Assembly (NCBI GenBank): GCA_964633205.1
Contig: CAZWFN010000001.1
Location: forward strand, 114,219-178,218
Origin: an uncultured Myxococcales bacterium
GTDB lineage: Bacteria; Myxococcota; B64-G9
DNA length: 64,000 nucleotides
Direction of reading: 5' to 3'
Below the pieces are notes generated by a model. The model saw only the letters and a program-made list of their open reading frames with translations, made no database searches and was not told where the DNA came from. Positions 58,935 to 64,000 of the stretch are shown piece after piece. Made by a program: the position numbers and the translations under genes. Position 1 is the first letter of the stretch; every line of letters begins with the position of its first letter.

Positions 58935-59777
58935 TCAGACCACTCCTTTCTCGGCTCCGGCGTCACGCCGGCGGCGGCCCAGCAGGCCTTCGACGTAGAA
59001 CCACAGCAACAGAATCAGCACCAGCCCGAAGGCCGGCAGGATGATCGGCAACCCCGGGTCGTAGACCACCAGCAGGCTCGGCCGCGGCCCGCTGGCCGCC
59101 GGGGTGGGCCCGGCATGATCGCAGCTGACCGCGCGGTCCGCGGCGGCCGGTCTCTTCTCCAGCGGTCGATCCAGCAGCAGGTGGCGACCGCGGAACGAAG
59201 CGGGGTCCAGGTGGACCACCTCCAACCGATCGCCCCCCGGCCCGCGCAGCCGGACCCGCTGCCGCGCCAGCCACTGGCCCAACCGCGAGCCGGGTGGAAA
59301 GGCCTCGCCCTCGAAGCCGATCACCTGCAGTTCGGCCCCGGCCACCTCGATCCGGCCGCCCGGCCCGGGCAGGCCCAACCGCTGCCAGCTGCCCCACCCC
59401 AGGGTGATCGCATGGCCGACCAGGATCGCCCAGAACAGGATATGGATGGCGGTCGGGATCAGGGCCACCGTCCAACGGTGGCCGCCCAGCTCGCGCCGCC
59501 GGGGCCATAGGGTGCGCAGCCGTTGCAGGGCGCAGACCGCGGTGTTGATCGCCAGCGCCGTCAGGCACAGCAGCAACAACAGCAGCCACCAGCAACGATG
59601 CCACTCATCGGCCAGGTGGCGGGCCAGCCAAATCGGGGTGGCCAGACGGTTGAGCTGGCCGAACAGGGCCTTGTCCGAGGCGTACAGACCGCCGATCAGC
59701 ATGCAGCCGGCCGCCGCCAGCAGCAGCCAGAAGGCCAGCCGCAGGTCCCCCATCGCGCGCCACAGCCGCAGCCACAC
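58935..59777 (-). CDS. compact ResB-like (CcsB-family) membrane protein
   Basis: N-terminal TM, then an LFGQLNRLATPIWLARHL...WWLLLLLLCLTALAINTAVC ResB-like segment, a TM with conserved His (WAILVGHAIT), a periplasmic region, and a C-terminal TM. GTG start is 1 nt after the upstream gene's stop. The track ORF's N-terminal 100 aa is an out-of-frame overlap. Confidence 0.5.
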   Translation of the reverse strand: MWLRLWRAMGDLRLAFWLLLAAAGCMLIGGLYASDKALFGQLNRLATPIWLARHLADEWHRCWWLLLLLLCLTALAINTAVCALQRLRTLWPRRRELGGHRWTVALIPTAIHILFWAILVGHAITLGWGSWQRLGLPGPGGRIEVAGAELQVIGFEGEAFPPGSRLGQWLARQRVRLRGPGGDRLEVVHLDPASFRGRHLLLDRPLEKRPAAADRAVSCDHAGPTPAASGPRPSLLVVYDPGLPIILPAFGLVLILLLWFYVEGLLGRRRRDAGAEKGVV

Positions 59778-59778
59778 C

Positions 59779-60555
59779 TCAGCCTCCGATCCGTGGGAAG
59801 AACAGCTCCTGCACGGCGCTGCTGGCCGATATCGCCAGGCCCACCAACCCGGCCACCACGGCGAAGCCGGCCCGGCGCTGCAGCGGCCAGCGGGGCAGGT
59901 AGCGCAGGTGCAGGTAGGCGGCGTAGAGCAGCCAGACGCCGGCCGAGAACAGGTGGCGCGGGCTGAAGCGGAAGGTGTTGCCCCAGCCCAGATAGCACCA
60001 GGCGAAGCCGACCACCTGGGCGATGCTGAAGGCCACCAGGCCCCAGACCAGGTAGGCGTGGAAGCCGGCGGGCTCACCGCGGTGGGGCCGCAGCAGCGCC
60101 AATGCGGCCCACCAGGCTCCGCCGAGAAAGGCCGCGTAGGCCAGCCCCTCGGTGATGAAGAAGGCGGTGGCCAGCGCGGTGATCTTGCGCGGCTCCGGGG
60201 GCAGGATGCCCTGGGCGTAGGCGATGCTGAAAGCCAGCAGCGCCAGCGCCGGTACCAGCCCCAGGCCCCAATGCGACGACCCCCGGGCCAAGCGTTCCAG
60301 GCCGGCCAGCAGGGCCAGACACCAGGGGATGAAGAAGGTGCCCTCGAATACGGGATTGGCGATCCAGACCCCGCCCAACCAGCCGCGGCCCAGCAGGGCC
60401 AGCGCGTGGATCAGCAGCCCGGCGCAGTAGAACCACCAGGCCGGCCCGAGCCGGCTGCTGCGCCGCGCCGGCCAGCGCCACCAGAGCAGCAGGGCGCCGG
60501 CGTAGCAGAGCAGGGCGATGACCAGGTAGCTGGGCCTGCCGGTGGTGAACACCAT
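59779..60555 (-). CDS. cytochrome c assembly protein family (CcsA/HemX-like) with degenerate WWD motif
   Basis: Polytopic membrane protein. GFAWCYLGWGNTFRFSPRHLF...WLLYAAYLHLRY aligns with the CcsA WG.YWSWDPKE...YLH region, but WDPKE is replaced by RFSPRH. Confidence 0.55.
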   Translation of the reverse strand: MVFTTGRPSYLVIALLCYAGALLLWWRWPARRSSRLGPAWWFYCAGLLIHALALLGRGWLGGVWIANPVFEGTFFIPWCLALLAGLERLARGSSHWGLGLVPALALLAFSIAYAQGILPPEPRKITALATAFFITEGLAYAAFLGGAWWAALALLRPHRGEPAGFHAYLVWGLVAFSIAQVVGFAWCYLGWGNTFRFSPRHLFSAGVWLLYAAYLHLRYLPRWPLQRRAGFAVVAGLVGLAISASSAVQELFFPRIGG

Positions 60556-60565
60556 GCACTCCAGC

Positions 60566-62632
60566 TCAACCGGCGCTCAGCCGGTAGCCGCACCAGACGC
60601 TCAGGCCCCGGTCGGGGAAGCCGTAGCGGGTCTGGTAGTTCATGTCGAGCAGGTTGCCGGCCTTGCAGAACAGGCGCACCCCGGGCGCCGGCTGGTAGGC
60701 CAGGCTGGCGTCCCAGACCACGAAGGTGCCCAGGGTGCCCAGGCCCAGGATGCTGTAGTCGTCGAAGGGCTGCGGCCCGACCACCCGCAGCAAGCTGCCG
60801 ATCTCCCAGCGCTCACCCGGCTCGGCCAACAGCCGCAGGCTGGCCTGGTGGCCGGGGATCTGGGCGATGCGGTCGTCCAGCCGGTCGGCATTGATGGTGC
60901 GCGCGTGCACAAAGGCATAGGCCGCCTGCAGCTGCAGCCAGGGCCAGGGCCGGGCCACCAGGCCGGCCTCGAAGCCGGCCAGCCGCGCCCGGCCGACATT
61001 CCGCTGCTGGCTCAGACCGCGGGTCTCGGGCAGCCAGACGCGCATGATCAGATCGTCGACCTCGGCCTCGAACACGGACAGGTCGAGCCGCAGCGGCGCG
61101 GCCACCTGCCAGGAGACGTCCAGGGCGGTGTACAGGGCCCGCTCCGGCTTCAAGGTCGGGTTGGCCACGGTGAAGCCCTTGGTGGCCGAGTAGCGCTCGC
61201 CCAGCGTGGGCAGCCGGTGGCGGCCGGCCACCGACAACCGCAGCAGCCAGACCGGGCTCGGCTCGTAGCGCAGCGCGATCAGCGGCGCGCACAGCACCCG
61301 GATCGGCGTCTCGGGCTCGTCCTCGCCGGCGCCGGCGGTGCGGCTGGCGTACAGCGGCACGTCCACGTCGAGCTGGGCCGAGCCGATCAGGCCAAGCGCG
61401 TCCGACGCCAGCCACTCCAGCTCCGGCACCAGCCGGGTGAGCAGCCGGCCGGAGGAGCGGCGCGGCTCGTCGCGGTCCAGCCGGTCGTGGTGGTGATCGG
61501 CCCGGGCCTCGAGCCACAGCCGGCCCACCAGCCGGCCCGGCAGCGGCGCGCTCAACCGCAGCCGGGCGCCCAGGCTGCGCTCGTGGTACCAGGAGACGAA
61601 GGCGTTGGGTCCCTGCTGGCTGTTGTAGCCGGCGTCGTCGTAGCCGTCCAGCCGGTTGCCGTAGAAAGCGCCGTAGGCCACCTCGTCGCCCTGCAGCCCC
61701 CCGGCCCGCCAGCGGTGGCCCGCCTGGACCAGCAGCGCCTGCCAGACCGTGAAGCGGCGGAAGAAGGGCCGCATGTCGGTCATGTGCCGCGGCACCCCGA
61801 ACACGCCGTCCAGAAACGTGGCCTGCAGCCACAGCTGCTGGGTCTCGGCGAGGCGGTAGCGCAGCTTGGCGCTAACGTGGGCCATGAACCGATCGCTGTT
61901 GTCCAGCCGGCCACCGTCCTCGATCACCCGCTCGCCGACCGTCACCGGCTCGAAGCGCGACGACAGCTGAACACCGTCCGAGTCCTGCACCCCGGCGCCC
62001 ACCGCGTAGGCCAGTGGACCGGCTTCCAGGGAGTGGGCCAACCAGGTGTGCAGCTCGCCGGCTACACCGAGTTGGGCCAGATGCGCGATCAGCGGTGCCC
62101 GGGCCGGATCGCGGGTCTCGATCAGCACCGCGCCGCCCATGCCGCCCGGAGCGTGGGCGATGGAGGTGGGCCCCTTGAGCAGGCGCACCCGATCGATCAG
62201 CTCCACCGGCAGCTTGCCCAGATCGGTCGAGCCCGAGTAGGGCATGGCCAGCGGCACCCCGTCGAGATAGACCGCCACCCCGCGCTGGTCGAATCCGCGC
62301 AGCCGGATGGTGCGGCGACCGCTGCGGCCGCTGGAGGCGTAGACCGAGGGCTGCTGCTCGATCAGCTCGGCGGCGCTGGTCACCGCCCGCCGCTCGACCT
62401 CCTCGCGCTCCAGCCGCACCCGGCTGGAGCCGCGATCGACCGGCCGCTGCTCGCGGATGGTGAAGACCTCGTCGACCGCCTCGGAACCGTCTGCCGCTGC
62501 GGATGCCTCGCGTTCCCCGTCCTCGGCGTCTTGGTCGCCGGCGGCCAGCACCGGCAGCGGCGCTGCCATCCAGGCGACGCCGGTCAGCAGCCATACGGCT
62601 GCTCGGCCGATACGGGCGAGGGGCGCGATCAC
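60566..62632 (-). CDS. TonB-dependent outer-membrane receptor
   Basis: Signal peptide, plug domain (IRLRGFDQRGVAVYLDGVPL), and a long beta-barrel with Tyr/Gly-rich strands. Confidence 0.85.
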   Translation of the reverse strand: MIAPLARIGRAAVWLLTGVAWMAAPLPVLAAGDQDAEDGEREASAAADGSEAVDEVFTIREQRPVDRGSSRVRLEREEVERRAVTSAAELIEQQPSVYASSGRSGRRTIRLRGFDQRGVAVYLDGVPLAMPYSGSTDLGKLPVELIDRVRLLKGPTSIAHAPGGMGGAVLIETRDPARAPLIAHLAQLGVAGELHTWLAHSLEAGPLAYAVGAGVQDSDGVQLSSRFEPVTVGERVIEDGGRLDNSDRFMAHVSAKLRYRLAETQQLWLQATFLDGVFGVPRHMTDMRPFFRRFTVWQALLVQAGHRWRAGGLQGDEVAYGAFYGNRLDGYDDAGYNSQQGPNAFVSWYHERSLGARLRLSAPLPGRLVGRLWLEARADHHHDRLDRDEPRRSSGRLLTRLVPELEWLASDALGLIGSAQLDVDVPLYASRTAGAGEDEPETPIRVLCAPLIALRYEPSPVWLLRLSVAGRHRLPTLGERYSATKGFTVANPTLKPERALYTALDVSWQVAAPLRLDLSVFEAEVDDLIMRVWLPETRGLSQQRNVGRARLAGFEAGLVARPWPWLQLQAAYAFVHARTINADRLDDRIAQIPGHQASLRLLAEPGERWEIGSLLRVVGPQPFDDYSILGLGTLGTFVVWDASLAYQPAPGVRLFCKAGNLLDMNYQTRYGFPDRGLSVWCGYRLSAG

Positions 62633-63489
62633 AGGTCGGCCAGGTAGACCTTCACCACCGCCTTGACCCGGGCACAGCCGCCGATATCGAGCTCCGGGTC
62701 GAAGGTCAGCTGGCTGGTATCGACCACCAGGCCGCAGCGGCCGGCCAGCGCGCCGTCGACCGGCAAATAGTCGGTGCAGCGGTTGGCGGCGGTGGGCCGA
62801 TAGCCGTCGCTGCCCTCGAAGTCCATGCTGATGGCATTCGGGTCCAGCCCCAGCTCGGAGGCGGCCAGAATGGTCTCCAGCAGCACCACCTGCTCACCGT
62901 CGAGCTCGGCGGCGGCCAGGCCGCCGGCGTCGACCACCACCGCCTGATCGCCGTAGTGGACCTCCACCTCACCCAGCTCCTGGGCGGGATCGGGGTCCGG
63001 ATCCGGATCCTCACCGAGCAGCTCCTCCCGGGTGTCGGCCAGTCGGATCGAGGCCACGTCCTTGACGAACATGCAGCGCTCGAATTCGAGCTCCGGTTCC
63101 CACTCCAGGTTGCGGGTGCCGCGTTCGATGGTGCCGCGGTCGATGACGTCGGTCTGGGCCGGAGCCATGTCGGGCTCGCAGGTGCCGATGGGCGAGAAGC
63201 CGTCCGCGCCCACGAAGTCGATCCACAGCCCGCCGGCGTCGACCACCAGGCCGGAGCCGGCCACCAGCTCGTCGACGTAGACCACCGGCTTGTTGGGACC
63301 GAGCTCCACCGTATTCACATCGTCGAAGTGCACCACCTGGCTGAAGTCGCCGTAGCTGACCTCCACGCTCTGACCGCCCTCGGTCCACTTGTCGTCGCCC
63401 TCGTCCACCGACTGGCTGCAGCCGGCGGTGGCCAGCAGCAGGGCCAGCCCTCCGACCAAGAATCTGAAATAGCTATATTTTGGTGTCAT
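62629..63489 (-). CDS. lipoprotein with internally duplicated domain, first gene of the TonB-receptor operon
   Basis: Lipobox LLLATAGCS. Two repeats (V.VDAGGL...F.G.DG..P...C) and a DPDPDPDP linker. Its stop overlaps the TBDR ATG (ATGA). A GGAGGATGG RBS precedes the ATG. Confidence 0.55.
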   Translation of the reverse strand: MTPKYSYFRFLVGGLALLLATAGCSQSVDEGDDKWTEGGQSVEVSYGDFSQVVHFDDVNTVELGPNKPVVYVDELVAGSGLVVDAGGLWIDFVGADGFSPIGTCEPDMAPAQTDVIDRGTIERGTRNLEWEPELEFERCMFVKDVASIRLADTREELLGEDPDPDPDPAQELGEVEVHYGDQAVVVDAGGLAAAELDGEQVVLLETILAASELGLDPNAISMDFEGSDGYRPTAANRCTDYLPVDGALAGRCGLVVDTSQLTFDPELDIGGCARVKAVVKVYLADL

Positions 63490-63606
63490 GCGTCCATCCT
63501 CCGGCACGGTTGTTCGACTCCCATGGGTGCCCGATCTCGACCCGCTTTTCAAGAAAAAAATAACCAGAATAAACCAAAACGGACAGCGCGGCTTCACCCC
63601 GGAGGC

Positions 63607-64000
63607 TCAGCGCTCGATGCGCACCGCTGCCCGGCCCGTGCCGTCCAGCTGCACCGCCACCGGCGGCAGAAGCTGTTCGCTGCGGGCATCGTAGGCCAGC
63701 AGCTCGATCTCTTCGCCGGGGGCCCCCTGCAGCTCGACCGCGATGGCACCGCCGGCCACCCGTACGGCCGAAAAGCGCCGGTCGGCCAGGGTGACGAACT
63801 TGGCCGGCTCGCCGATCAGGGCCAGGCCGTTGTCCAGCACCGGTGCCAGCACCAGGTAGCCGAAATCGTAGAGATCGGTGAACGGCTCGACCTCCATCCG
63901 GCCGCGGACCAGCCGGGCCGTCCGGTGCCGCCAGTCGTAGGCCACCCGCTCGCGGTCGCAGCCCAACTCCGCCTCCAGATCGACCTGCCAATCGCGCACC
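63607..64000 (-). CDS. 3' part of a gene continuing beyond the window end (C-terminal beta-sandwich-like domain)
   Basis: The open frame runs to the window edge and has protein-like composition. The start is outside the window. Confidence 0.4.
   Translation of the reverse strand, partial: VRDWQVDLEAELGCDRERVAYDWRHRTARLVRGRMEVEPFTDLYDFGYLVLAPVLDNGLALIGEPAKFVTLADRRFSAVRVAGGAIAVELQGAPGEEIELLAYDARSEQLLPPVAVQLDGTGRAAVRIER

Noticed and set aside
60542-62647. 701-aa plus-strand ORF opposite the TonB-dependent receptor
   Set aside because: Antisense. The receptor frame has plug and barrel signatures.

Overview
This is a 64 kb window of very high-GC (about 70%) chromosomal DNA with a gene repertoire typical of a myxobacterium (Myxococcota-like). 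It carries PEGA-domain lipoproteins, an M64 metallopeptidase with Myxococcus-type cysteine-rich repeats, a Ser/Thr kinase fused to WD40 repeats, a transmembrane pseudokinase, AgmX/PglI-C-terminal-like lipoproteins and many Tat/Sec-secreted proteins. Because of the GC content most long ORFs in the six-frame track are spurious antisense or out-of-frame reads (Arg/Ala/Gly/Pro-rich). About 55 genes were called from conserved motifs read directly in the translations. Recognisable modules: glpABC (anaerobic glycerol-3-phosphate dehydrogenase), znuACB, pepD, a methionine-salvage-like aminotransferase plus omega-amidase pair, and a P-type cation ATPase. There is also a lipid/sterol-tailoring-like cluster (B12-radical SAM, DUF1214, sulfotransferase, two SDRs, a 3beta-HSD-family enzyme, an alpha/beta hydrolase). 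Two-component and sigma-54 regulators are present. Two loci stand out as candidate undescribed systems. (1) A tight four-gene operon of a Bud32/RIO-like mini-kinase, a PP2C phosphatase, archease and the RtcB RNA ligase, which reads as phospho-regulated RNA repair. (2) A minus-strand operon with an AT-rich promoter: duplicated-domain lipoprotein, TonB-dependent receptor, CcsA-family protein, compact ResB-like protein, and a secreted protein with two sulfite-oxidase-fold domains and a single CXXCH haem c motif. This reads as a dedicated haem-handling or cytochrome-maturation module. Smaller observations include a 43-bp REP-like palindrome present twice in opposite orientation, 30-bp direct repeats bracketing a low-GC hairpin-rich segment at a gene 3' end, a small zinc-ribbon ORF interrupted by an in-frame TGA, shared operator-like motifs in two divergent promoter regions, and pervasive ATGA start/stop coupling.
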